DNA from: Pelomyxa schiedti
Lineage: Eukaryota; Protista; Evosea
DNA: 48,066 nt
Assembly (NCBI GenBank): GCA_020536535.1
Contig: JAHLWZ010000011.1
Location: forward strand, 1-48,066
Direction of reading: 5' to 3'
The position numbers and the translations under genes are program-made. Shown one piece after another: positions 11,601 to 24,000 of the stretch. Within the stretch, counting starts at the first letter, position 1; every line of letters begins with the position of its first letter. The notes beneath the pieces were generated by a model. The model saw nothing but the letters and a program-made list of their open reading frames with translations, had not been told where the DNA came from and made no database searches.

Positions 11601-14600
11601 TAATCCATCCAGCTTGGAATCACACATGACTTCCTTTACCATCCCAAGCACACTGGTAGATGTGCACTCATCTATGAAGCAGACAATCTTGGTGGCACTA
11701 GGAAAATGTGCAAGGACATCTTTGATATGTTGTATTCTGGCCCGAAACTGCTCCGCAGTGAAACGTTGATGCATCCTTATTCTGTGAAAGACAGACTCAA
11801 ATTTGGCGTTTTGAAAGGCAATAAGTAAATCAGCCAATTCCTTACTGCTATTCACTATGTAGTGCACTCCAGGTTCTAAGACTTCAGGCTTTGGAGAAGG
11901 TATCAGATACAACAAAGAGATCATGTCACATACTTGTGTGAGGGAATTTGAAAACATCTGTCTCAAACAGTCTGCTCGCAGAATATGTTGTCTCTTTTTG
12001 AGATTTTTTATTACATATTGCACACATTTACACGCAAAAAGAGGGAAGAATTTGTTGAAAGTGTTACACATTTCAACAATGAGGGAATGGAACTGCTCCG
12101 AGCTATCTAACCACTCCAAGGCTGTCTCCGCTGTGGATTTTGGGGATCGTGGAATGGAAAGCGGAGTCCTTGGGATAGCTGAAAGCTTTTTACCCTGAAA
12201 AATTGCCGTACATTGCTCAATAAGGACAGATGGGATACCAGGTATATTTTTCAGCATCCTATCCAGTACAAATCGCTTCGTTTTCCAGAACAGATTGGGG
12301 AACAGTTTAGAGTGTGCGTTAGTGAGAGTACTAAATACAGTCAGCAACTCCGTCTTTCCTGTCCCAGTTCCACCACACAGAATTAAGTTTTGCCCTGCCT
12401 TCATGTGATCATAGATAAGCAAGAGCTTTAAGGCAAAATCGGGAGTCAAGACATAGTGGTGCTGCCGTAAGATTCTATCCAAACCCTCAATCCCAAATGA
12501 CAGTTGTAGTTGCTGTCTCAGCCTGGCAGGCATGGATTTAGCTTCCTCAAGTGTGAAGACAAGGTCACGGGGAAGTGCCTCCTTCCCAGATGTTAACATG
12601 GGAAGTGATTTTGCTGCCACAATGGCAGTTGGAAGAGTAATTCCTTGGAAATTGAGTCTATGGGTGTGTTCTCTGGCAATATAGATCTGATCTGAAACAT
12701 CCAGAGTAAGTGTGCAAAGCCGAAGGCTGTCCGACTCAAAGAGGAATAACAACTGGTGTACAGACAACAATTTAGAGACATCATGTTCCTGTTGGTACAA
12801 CAGCTGCTGCTTAGCATACTGCAACAACCATGAGCATCTATCAGCAAGAAGTGAAACAAAGTGATGCTGCTTCATCCGATCATTGGACAGTTCAGGGGTG
12901 TTGGTACTCTGGAAGTATGACTGCAAAAATGTCCCAACATCAAATGAAGGAGACTCACCAAGGAACTTTACGAGTTTGGTAGTGTCATCAATCAGCGAGT
13001 GGCTTTTTGCATAGAGGAACTTTGAAACGAGAATGGCTTTATCGTCGATAACATAGCTGAGAGTACATTTTGGAATTAGCTTGTTCAGGTATTGAAGGAC
13101 AGGGAGATGTTGCAATACAACATCAGTGGTTTCAAAGCCAAATCCATCCTCTACATCAGCTTTTGGGGAGGCAGAAAGCTCCACAAAAATATTCCACTTG
13201 ACCTTATCTTGCCAAACAAGTAGTACAGTACCAGTTTGGTTGTCGCATAAAAAGCCCCATAGGATGAAGTCATAGAAAAACTTTCCAATTATAGCAAAGT
13301 TTGCATAGGCACTGATGTCGAAGTGCATATTAATTACACATTCACCTAGTTTCTTAACATCGTTTTGAAGTCTAGTAAAAGTGGGCACCATAGAAGACAC
13401 AGTGAAGCATTCGGTCATACTTATGCTAACAGAAAGTGTAATCATTTTACTGGTTTGTTGTTTCATTTTCACAAAAATATCAGTGCTTTTGCCACTGCAT
13501 GCCGGCCCAGTGTAACATGATACATCCATATTTCTTCTGCTGAGGATAGCTTGTGGGTTAAGTGGCGAGGATGTGAGGCGGCTCTGGGCTTGTGCCATAA
13601 CATCTTCTTGATTCTTAACAGAAAAGTTTAGGAAATTGTCAATTCCAACACGTGATGTGAATATGAGAAAAGTCTTTGCATGTGGTGTCTCTTGTGTTGC
13701 CATCTTGGCAGACCATTTAAAAAGCTTATGTCTGATGGATTCAGACATATCATTCACACCAACGATTACAAAGTAGAGGTGGGGAAAGCTCTTTATACAA
13801 GTGAGAAAATGCTTCAACTCTGTGCCCGTTGCCTGCAATCCATAACATATGAGGGAAGGATGTGGTACTTGATAATTAAATATCTCAAACAGCAAGTAAA
13901 GCTGTGTTGTGGGAGAGAAGTTCTCAGCAAGCTGTACTGTAATTTCGTGGTTGTCACTGCCAGGGTTGCCGGACATAGCTGAAGATTGGTGCGAAACGGC
14001 CACAACACTGTGTAGCTGCGTAACTAGACTGACAAAGGAACAAGCTAGCCTCAGAAGCAAAATGGGTTCCCACATTGCTGGTTTACCCCCAAGTCCGGAA
14101 ATTGACTTTGACATGCATTCAAGTAATGACTCATGAGGGATAGGATTGCTGCACATAACGTCAGGGAAGCAGAGCCACAAATAAGGCCTATATGCAGATG
14201 TAGTAACTGGAGACATCTCGAGAGAAGATGCAAGTGTTTCTCCAAATTTCGCAAGTTGGTGGCCTGACAGAAAGTTGAGACGGGGTTGGTTCTTGTAAAT
14301 CAGATTTAGTTCAAATCTCCACTCAGAAAGAATTCGAGTTAGCTGAATAGTAGTGAGAGGAGAAATTTCAATAACGAGCTTACTTCTGTATGAGCCTGCT
14401 TGAAATTATCGATATTTTGAAGACCACCAGGTTCATTGAGGAAGGTCTCGATTCCCTGAAATTGAGGATGCCCAAGACCTTCAAGTTGAAGACGGACTTC
14501 ATGCATTTCCTGGTTTCATAGGGATATATTCATTTTGGAAAGCTGTAGAGGAAAGCAAGTACCTCTGCCAATGAAAACAGTAGAATAAAACCTGACACAT

Positions 14601-17600
14601 TTTCTACATCAGCTGCCTCTATTTCGTAACTTAATCGCATTTTGAGAAGTAGAATGTTTTGTTCTTACTTGAGCTGCTTATGAAGATCTTCATTGCTCTA
14701 ATTAGATTCATTAAGAAGGAGTGAGATTGATCCTTCATTGCAGTGGAAGAACCCTCAATGTGAGGTATAACCAACACCAGAGACTGACCTTTAGGATTAA
14801 GTGACAAGCAGCTCCTGTAGCAACCCTTCTCTCTCAGTGTTCTTACATCTTCGAGGAGATCAGTGAGAATTAAAATGGTACTGTTTGTTAGTTAAGGTAC
14901 TCTGTTTAAAAGAAAAAAGGAAAAGAAAAGAAAATACATACAAGGCAATAGTGCTTCAAGATTAAGTCCCCCCTGACTTGAAAACATTACCTTCAGCTGT
15001 GCAAGATTGTCAAGGACACTCCTGATATTCTGGAGGAGATGGATGGCATTGCTTCTATCTCCAATTTCAGCCTTAAGTGCTTCACATAATTCATAAAGTG
15101 GCTTGTTCCTTTGGCCTCTTGATTGTTGGAAAACCATCATAGGTTTTCGAGAAGTAACAGCACACAATGCAAGTTCTTGACCAAAATTCCATCTATATGT
15201 GTGATTTACTAACTCCCATAAAGAATAACATACCCTTGGGTGGTTGCTTGAACTAAGGCGTGCATTTGCTCAAACTCAGGTTGTGTATAGCTCTGCCGTG
15301 AAGGTTATGTTGTTACATTAAATTGAAGTAGATAGAATGTACTTGGTGCCATTCCAGTACATCACCAGAAATACTTAGGATAGAGAAAAACTCTAGAATG
15401 TCGGGCTCAAGATCGCCAAACTGGTGCAGTGTTGTTAACAGTTATAAAAACTACTTATAAGTACCTGGTGCCTAATTTCCTTTAGGTGACGTTGGCACTC
15501 CGGAAGATGAACCTGGTGCACATGAATAAAGGATGATTTTGGGCTACTACGTACAGTCTGCGTTGTAAGGCTCTTATGACGCGCAAGTAAAGATGACACC
15601 GACTCAATGCACAGGTCATACTGGTGACAGCAATTATATACAAGAGGGATGTAGTCAAGATACTGCAGAAGTTCAAGTGCAGATTGAAGTATTCTGATAT
15701 TTGAAAAAGTATCCCCCTTGTCAGTGAAAAATTTGGAACTGTGTTGTCTGAGATTTAACCATAAAAAAACCAGTATTACATTAATTTGCCTTCTTCACTG
15801 GTGCCCCGTACTGGAGCAGATTTTTGCAGTATTCTGATCTGGACAATAATATTCTTAGTAGGTTCTTACCAAATACTGAAGGTTACCTTCTGAAGTTCGA
15901 TATCTCCAGCAAGAAGTTGACGCAAATCCCGGGTGGTATCATCAACTATGGAGCTAAGAGAATCGAGTGGAATAGTCCTTCCTCCCTATTATCAGATAGC
16001 TGTTGGCTTAGAAGACGAAGAAATAGAACACACAAATCTATCATTTGCAATATTTAAGAATGTCACTTCAAAAAAAGTACTTCGGTTTACCACAAAGTAC
16101 TTTAACTAAAAAAAAAACGCTTAGATAGGATAAGGGGAAAAAAAGGGGCAAACAGCATGTAAGGGGGGCTGCCGCAACTTCAAAGAGTCCTTCAAGTTTG
16201 CAAGCCACTGCTTAAACTCACAGAACAGTCCTTTCTCCATCTAATATATAGAATTAGAAAAGCAGAGGCTGTAGTGGCTCACATCAATAGTTAGCTGCAT
16301 GGTTGGTAAGGAAACTTTGGCTTTCTGAATCAACCAAGCCCTTACTATCTCCATGTGGTGTACTTCAGCCGTCATGGACTTAAAAGAATCATATATGTCT
16401 GGCATATTTGGCATTTCAATGCCAGGGAAGAGCATGTGGGCCAAGTGTTTGAATGCTTCATATTGAGCAGTGGCTGTTGTAGAAGACCGCTTTGAGGAGG
16501 AGCTATGGACAGATGGTTGGTCTGGTTGAAAACGACTGCCGGGTTCTTGGGTCACTGCCCTGTTAAATGTTACAACGGAAAAAAGAGGTAGGTATTCACG
16601 TTGAAACACATGATTTCACTTCATTTTGAGTAAGCTGAAGTTCCGCAATTCTGTCAACTTCACATTTTATGGCTCTTAGAAGCTGGAGAAGAATCAGCTG
16701 AGCCCAATAAATTTATATTGACCTCTCCACATGCACTCTGATAAGTCCAAAAAAAGGGATTGTTCAAGTCCAAACTCAAAGGAACAAACAGGGTATTACA
16801 GGAAGGGTGTAATATCAAAACTTCTTCAGGCTGAAGCTGGAATCTGGAAGACACACATGCAGATAGCACAGCCAGGACAATGGAACTCTGCTCTTCTGGA
16901 GAGGTAAACCTAGTGAAGTATTGCCCCATCCAGTTTCCAAGGGCGTTCAGTTGCTTTGGGAGGGATTGACCTGTACCAGCTTCACAGCTGAAACTGACAT
17001 TTAGATTTGAATACAGTCCAAATGATGTAAAACCTGACAATCTCTGATGCTTTGAAAGATTAATATCGGAATATATCTAGAAATAAGAGGAAAGGTACCA
17101 AAACATTTGATCATAAGCAGATATATTGGCCATTGGAGTCTTTTTGATACCTCACTGTCAATGCTTTGTATTTGTTCATGGCCAGAGTGGTTTTTCTTAT
17201 GCCGTTTTTGTTGAAGGAACTGCTTCAAATTGTGCTTGTGCAGATAGGTACTTGCTACAAACCGTGAAAAGTTTCTGGAAACAAGAGTGAAGTCTGCCTA
17301 CAAGCACATTAGCTCTTTCCTCAATGAAAAACTTACATTCTTAACCACATCCTTCATGGCATAAAGCTGCTGCTCATCCTCAGCTGGGAAATGTGACGAG
17401 TACTTGGGGCATAGCAATAATATATACAGGAAATCACAAAACCTGTGTTTATGAGCAGGGAAAGATCTTCAAATTTATATGATCTTACTCATTGTAATGG
17501 CTTTGCTTTTTAGAGAATATAAAATCGAGAGGAAAAAGCAGAAGGTGAATGCGTGGTAGCCCATCAGAGACTATTCCAGTATGCAAAAGTTTAGAATAGA

Positions 17601-19341
17601 TGTCCAGAAAGGAGCCAAATTGCTCAGGTTTGAGTGAAGAGACATTTTCACTGAGAAAGCGTTGTAAAAGGGGAAGATCCAGGAAGTAATCAGGTAATCT
17701 AGTAGAGATAAGAGGAAACAGGTAAGTTGTGCAACAACAGTTTCAACTCTTCCATTGAGAGTGAATGCTTGCTGACATAACACTGGATTGAATTGGTGTA
17801 AAAATCTTTGATATCAGGAGGGATCTCTGATCCCAGCACATCCACCCCAGTCTGCAAGGATAACTGTTTTTCCCTTAGCTTGTTTCTCTCGGGTTAGATT
17901 AAAAGGTTTACCTTGGAAAAATTTGCAGTCAATATATCTTGTGTGCTTTGAAGTTGAGCGAAAAGTGGAAAACAGTGTGGAATTTGTTTACCCCAGTTTA
18001 AGGTGCAATGCTTCTGAAACCCACTTTATCCAGTTCCACCATATGGCTAATCGCTTCAAATTGACTTTATCTTTCCTTGTAGTTGTCAATTCAAGAAGAT
18101 CATTATAGCAGTTAGTCATGTCCTGACTTGACTAAATAAAAGTGTAAAAAGAAAATGCCTACCTGTATTCCATTTCTGTTTCCAATAGGAATTGAGAATC
18201 CTCCAGGGCACACCCAAAACACATTAGATATCACTTCTCCTTGGAGTTGTTCACATTCATGGGCACTGCAGTGGTGGAGCTCATTTTTTATTTGCCGTAG
18301 GACACCTTGTAACACACTGATACTCACACTAGCAGGCAGCTTGCCTGAGAGTGAGTTATAAAGTACAGGTGCTCTGCAATAGTGATAATGAATAAATAGA
18401 ATAAACAATATATGAAACCTGTTAAAAAAGGTAGGAGTAAAACTGAACGGCAACTGTGTAAGGAAGTGGTCACAGAAGGTATTCCAGTTTGGAACAAACT
18501 AACATAAGATTAGGTTAGTTACGAGAAACTATCAACCTCATTCTCATTTGTTCCTTTGACATAATGCAATGCTAGATACAAAATTTGAATATGCATTTCA
18601 AATCCAGAACTCTATAGATGGTTACAATATTGTCTAATCCCATGATGGATAAAAACCAGCAACAGTGTTTTAGACCGCAGAATCGGGTCAACACTGCGAT
18701 GGGTAATCAACTGTAGCAGTTTCTCAAACATAGCTTTGTTATGTTGAAATAGGTTTGCCAGTGTCTTTATTTTTATTATTCAGTTAAAGAAAAGTATATA
18801 CTTCAGGTACCTGAAGAATAGAGATATCTCTTGTTTCAACTTCATCTGATGGACATTTTCCAGAAATGTGATAAAGTACACGATCAAGGCAACGAGGAAC
18901 ATCCTGTAAAATGGCCAAATTGTGTGCAGGATTCTTCTCAAAGGGTATTTCCCTAAGCAACAAGGATTCAGAGAAAGGGAAAAGCAAGAGGCTTGCCTCT
19001 TACTCTGTCAACTTTAGCAGCATTGCCAGTAAGAACGGAAAATTATCTAGAACGTGACTGCCCGTCACAGAAGGGACGTCAGAAAGGTTTAACTCCAGAG
19101 ATCGTGACAAAGAAACCAAGGCCCCACACAACCAAGATATGTGGGCTGAGAAATTAGGATTGTGGGCGAGGGCGTTGAATTGATCAAATGTCGAGAGGAG
19201 GGAGAATGCCGTGCGCGTGTAATTGCTGTCTAGAGTTGTGGACCATCTCCCATGCGCTCTTGATACAAGCTCGGGGCAGGAGACAAGGTGTGTGTACCTA
19301 TGGTAACGCAGTGTCAATCTCCGCGGGTCCGGGCAAGCCAT
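2687..19341 (-). CDS. RNF213: Giant multi-exon RNF213/mysterin-like AAA+ ATPase, paralog B (roughly 4,500-5,000 aa; no RING/RZ seen; Pro-rich linker plus helical C-terminal extension)
   Basis: RNF213-order motifs: LNFLSGHQL, P-loop GPACSGKS + HFDIS, YVLTPDFALKLL, Walker A GGTGTGKT, Walker B CFIDE, KEVMCD..LDG, FFVAALN, VRAPPLSM..IVDFGKL, IRDIVR, ENLFCTVVCLDSRIPLVIVGPP|GCSKT, LLDEVGL, SNRILDEAKTNR, FFHLRDF, RNFGG, KVKIAMELG..FYDVFNRHY, VHDNFRVIV, PLLNRFEK. Start MACPDPRR at 19341, stop TAA at 2687. Exon-by-exon homology with the plus-strand paralog from first to last exon supports a single gene. Confidence 0.85.
9230..14342 (-). other. Dynein-like multi-AAA core of paralog B
   Basis: AAA2-type P-loop ~13484-13507; AAA3 Walker A ~12351-12375 and Walker B ~11670; AAA4 Walker A split by an intron (~10668-10740) and Walker B LLDE ~10460; AAA5/6-type motifs 9250-9600. 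Confidence 0.85.
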
Positions 19342-19714
19342 TTATTTTGTGGTGGTTAATGTGTACACAGTGGGTGCTGAGGTGAAACCAGCACTAAATA
19401 TGGGAAGGGGCAGTTACAATTCCCTGACTGTGTTATCGGCACTTTCGGCATACATGGACACCAATCGTTAGTTTTATCTTGTTATTCCTTTTTGTTTTCT
19501 GCCGAGTTCGGTACATCGAAATTTTCAACTTGGTTTTCCTGAAACTTTGAGACCCTGAGTCTCCACACCACCGCCCTATCCATGAAACACCATCTGGAGA
19601 GCGATCTTTTCTCCTTCCTAGTTCCATCAGATTCTCAGAGGAACTCTCTGCACCATCAAACTACAATTGCAGACAAAACCCGAAAAAAAGAAAACCAAGC
19701 AACACGACGAACAG
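19342..19714. promoter_or_regulatory. Probable bidirectional promoter between paralog B and the CNBP-like gene
   Basis: ~370 bp non-coding spacer between two divergent ATGs; no specific element identified. Confidence 0.5.
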
Positions 19715-20783
19715 ATGCGTAGGTTTGCGCCGGCCCCCTATACAGGTTGTCGTTAGTGACTAACGAAAGCACCAAAAACAACCAACCAACCAAACACAAC
19801 AAACCAACAACAACAAAAAAATTAAACCCCACCTGCCTGCGGTGACGTGTATCGCTCTGACGAATAGAATAGTGAAGGCGTGCTATCGCTGTGGCTCTAC
19901 CAGCCACCTCGCGGCCATGTGCCCCTCGTCCACAGCCTCGCTCGACGTCGACGGCGGCGCCTCGTCCCAGCCCCTCTGCTACTTCTGCAACAACCCCGGC
20001 CACTTTGAGCGGTCGTGCCCCATGAAGCTGGGCGCCACCGGGCCCCTGGGCCTCGTCATGCCGCCCAAGGAGTCCCTGCAGCAGCAGACGCAGCAGCAGC
20101 TCCCCGTGTGCTTCAACTGCGGGCTCCCCGGCCACATCGCCGCGGGGTGCCGGCAGCACAGCGGCGGCCTCAGCGGCCGCTACGCCGTCAGCGGCGGCTC
20201 GCCGTTCCGCAGCGGCTCCAGGTTCATGGCCATGCCCGCGACCGGCGGCTCCGTGATGGCGTCGCTGCCCCCTCCGCCGCCGCCGCCGCCTCCCTCGCAG
20301 ATGATGTACTACATGGGCGGCCAGATGGGCGGCGGCGGCGGAATGGGCATGGGCATGCCCGGCGTCTGCTACGCATGCGGCGGCCGCGGCCACTTTGCGC
20401 GCGACTGCAAGACCCCCTCGTGCTACTCGTGCGGCGGCGCCGGCCACCTCGCGCGCAACTGCCCCTCCAACCCCTCCGCGTCGTCCTCGGCGTCGTCGTC
20501 GTCCGGGTCGTACTCGTCGTCGTCAAACGCAGCTTCTAAGCGCGAGGGAGGAGGGGACGTGGACGAGTCTGTGTCGTCGCGCCTGTCTGCTCCTCTGGGC
20601 TCATCGTCGTCGTCGTCGATGTCTATGGGGAATATGGGCAACTGCTACAACTGCAGGCAGCCGGGCCACATGGCCAGGGACTGCCCAAAGAGGGACATCG
20701 TGTGCCACAGGTGCGAGCAGCTTGGCCACGTGATGAAGGACTGCCCCCAGACCACCCAGCAGACCAGCAACTCTGACAGTTGA
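19715..20783 (+). CDS. CNBP: CNBP/Gis2/Byr3-like nucleic-acid-binding protein with seven CCHC zinc knuckles
   Basis: Seven CX2CX4HX4C motifs (CYRCGSTSHLAAMC, CYFCNNPGHFERSC, CFNCGLPGHIAAGC, CYACGGRGHFARDC, CYSCGGAGHLARNC, CYNCRQPGHMARDC, CHRCEQLGHVMKDC) with Gly/Ser/Pro-rich linkers. Start inferred: ATGC (19715-19718), intron GTAGGT..CTGAC..TAG (19719-19872), giving MLKACYRC. Main ORF 19842..20783. Confidence 0.85.
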
Positions 20784-21048
20784 GGATCTTCAACACAGGA
20801 GACTGATTGAATGATGTGATTCGATTTGGTGAAAGAATAAACACAAAGCAAAAGAATAAACACACAGTCCTTGTTCTTTCCTTTCTATTCAAAATCAAAG
20901 CTTGTGCCCCCCACAAAGTGACGCGTTTGTCTTCTGTTACGTGAAATAATTCGCACGTTGGCCCCAACTTGGTTGTTCGGTGTTACCAACAGACAGCCAA
21001 CAGTTTCGAAAAACTGAAAAACAAACAAACAAAGATCAGACCCGTACT

Positions 21049-24000
21049 ATGTCGGGGTGGCCGCGCTTCGATGTGAAGGGCGCCATAAAGAACAAAGCCG
21101 AGGCGGTTGGCCGCGCCGTCTCGTACCTGGTCCCCGGGTCGTCCGCGGCGGCGCACCCGCGGCCGCCGGTCGACGTCAAGTGCGAGGAGATCACGACGCT
21201 GGTGGGCACCAACCTCGTGAGCAGGATGCTGGGCGACACGGCGGGCTGCGGCGTGGCGCGCGACCGCGGCTTCACCAGGGCCCTCACGGCGATGCTGGAC
21301 GAGTTCGCGGCGCTCAACGGCGGCGGCGGCGCCGGGGGGACGGCGGCGGGGGGCACGGAGGAGGAGAGGGCCGGGAGGGTCAGGAGGTGCAGCGAGGCGC
21401 TCGAGGCGTGCGTGAAGAGGGTGTGCTACGGTGGGATGAGGAGCGCCGTGTTCATGCACAACTTCCCTGTGATGATTTATTTGTGGCTGAGGTTCCACCA
21501 GTATGCTCTGTTCTTTTTTTTTTTTTTTTTGGTTAAGTGAGAGGAACCAGGTTCTTGGAGGGTCTGAAAGGACCCATGATAGCGCCTATTCGGAAGCAAC
21601 TTGATGATGCAATACAAAAAGTTGACATAGACATCTTTGTTGTTCAGGAGGCTACTCGGCAAGAAAACTTTATCACACAGGTTCGATGGCATTTAGATAA
21701 GCTAAACTAACCTCACAAGATTTTACAATCTCTGCTTCAAGTAAACAGGGAGTTTTATCTTAATCTCACTGCTCTCAGACGTATTAGCATTTCCAAATCC
21801 GTCACAGAAGAAACTAAGGTCATTACCTGTTGTTCCTCTGTTATAAATTCAACCAATCTCCAAAATATCACAGGTTTTTTTTGTTAATGTGCATCTTCTA
21901 TTACTGCAAATGGAGATTGTTTCCTCATCTCTAGAAACCGATGTATATTTCATTCTTGTGCATTAACGAAATCGTTTACATCTTTCTCCAGGAGCATATT
22001 CAAACATGGAAGCTATTTATAGCCGATTTACTTGGCCGTCTATCGTTCTCAGCAAATGTCAATTTCTTTGACAGGTGTGCTTCTCTCTAATATAAAGCCA
22101 ACAAAGAAATTCAGTGCCCAAACGCACCGTCCTTTTTTATTTGCTTCTGTTGTGGCGAGCCATTATGGACCCTCTGTTTCAATTGCTGTCATTGAGGGCA
22201 TTACACAGATGGTCACAAATCCCCACTGTCGTATAGCGTCCGAGCCTCGTGCCAAGCATTTGCCCTTCACTTTATACTGGGCATGTCCCACAACTTTTTC
22301 CATACCCAAGACAACAGCTGCCATTGTGGTACTTTACTCTTTTCTATGCAATTAAATAACTTTATCTTCCAGGAACTGTCAAGGGCGTACGATAGTATGG
22401 AATCTTTACATTTTGATTTTGCTCAAAATCTATAGATCTGATGAACCTGGCGTGCCCCAGTCGAATTGGTGAAAGGATACCACCAGAAGCAGCAAGTCCT
22501 GTTGTTGAATACCTTGCAAATTGGTGGTATATACACAAATTTGTTGTTCCCAAGCTTTGTGAGGAACCAGGGTATGTGTAAATGTAATCTGGTTCGACTA
22601 ACTTTTTCTGAAGACAAAAAGCTCTCATGACAAACTCTCTAGCTAAAGTAGATCCAGTTTATGATTCTAAGTTCTCTAACCTTTCACACGAAGCTTTCTT
22701 GCCAATGTGGCATTGCACCCCTTTTTAAGTGCAAACCATTTCAGGAGCCCTCCGTCAAAGCCTTCCTGGAACAGTCACTAAAGACATTTTTAGATAACAT
22801 GTCAGAAACGGATTCCCCTCTGTCCATCTTAGACTTCACCAGGTTTCCGTGAGATATTTGACTCCCTTGTAACTGCTGTTAGGATTCCTGAACAACTTGT
22901 ATCATTTGACAATGTCACTAAGTTCCTCCAACAAATAAATGAAACCTCAGTAACGGAGGTTGCAAATCTTTTTGATATTTGCACACGAAAAATCCCTCCA
23001 AATGTGGATTTACAATTTGCCTTGGCCCCATTTACCCAGAGGCTAAAAGACAGGACCCTGTAGGCGACTTGCATTCCTTACTCCACATAATCCTTTCATA
23101 GGGAAAGTATTATTGAATTGTTCAAAATCCTTCTTAAGTGCAAGAGCTACTTCCTTGTTCATGATAACCCAAGTCATGTAGCTGCAGTAAAGACCGCACT
23201 GAAAGTTTATGTGTGTTTGAGTTGATGGATCAAAGGGGTAACATACATACAGATGCCTTTGGAAGATTTTCATCTCGAACAATTTGAAATGCTGGTGGAG
23301 CAGCTACACATTTGTGAAAAAGGAAATTTGTCTGAAATGTACTTAGTTTTTATAAAGGCCTTATGTATGTAGCACCAATTTTTGCCCTTCATCATGTTCA
23401 TTTTCTTTTAGCTTCCTTGATTGTAAGGTATTGCGAAGTACTTCATTCTTGGAAAATCCACCTTTTCTAGTTCCCAAGTGGAAACAGAGGCTCCTCTCCC
23501 AGCGCAACTCAATCAACTTGGGTCATTTCTTTTCCCTACTATTGATAGGTGGACAAGTGGTGTTGTTTACTATTCAGGATCCAGTGTTCACTCTCCGGAC
23601 AAAGTATCTCCACAGCTGAAAAGTGCACTTTTGGTGGCTGTCTTAGGTGAGTGTCTGGAAGTGCGAACCTTACTTGATGAGAGTTGCATCTGCCTCCTTT
23701 CTCCACCTGTTTTATCTTTGCTTGTTCTTCATAATGTTGAAATGAACAATGTCTTTTATCCCAGTTATCATGACGCATGTACAAAGGCACATGACAATTC
23801 TCTTTTCAAACAGTCCTAATGTACCCCCAAAAAGTTGGTGGAGAAAATTAAAGCCGCTATTGATTGCCTCCATGATAAGTATATCACCAGACAAAAGTTG
23901 AACGTGCTCTCAGAACCAAGGCAAGTTCCAACATCCTATACTAGGCTCTTTTCTGACTGGAGCAGTCAACCACAGACATCTTTTGCAAACTTGATTTACA

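Noticed and set aside
9230-14342. Assignment as midasin, dynein or a prokaryotic AAA defence system
   Set aside because: Motif wording and order (DFGKL, ENLF..VC...IPL.IVG.PG.SK, LDEVGL, D.AK.NR, RNFGG, P.LNR.EK) follow RNF213, and the genes have spliceosomal introns.
19842-20783. Retroelement Gag nucleocapsid
   Set aside because: Seven knuckles and no protease, RT, integrase or LTRs; fits CNBP/Gis2.
19656-21536. Long overlapping antisense/alternate-frame ORFs (e.g. 19656..20447, 20015..20539, 20983..21498)
   Set aside because: Shadows of very GC-rich coding sequence with few stop codons; no motifs.
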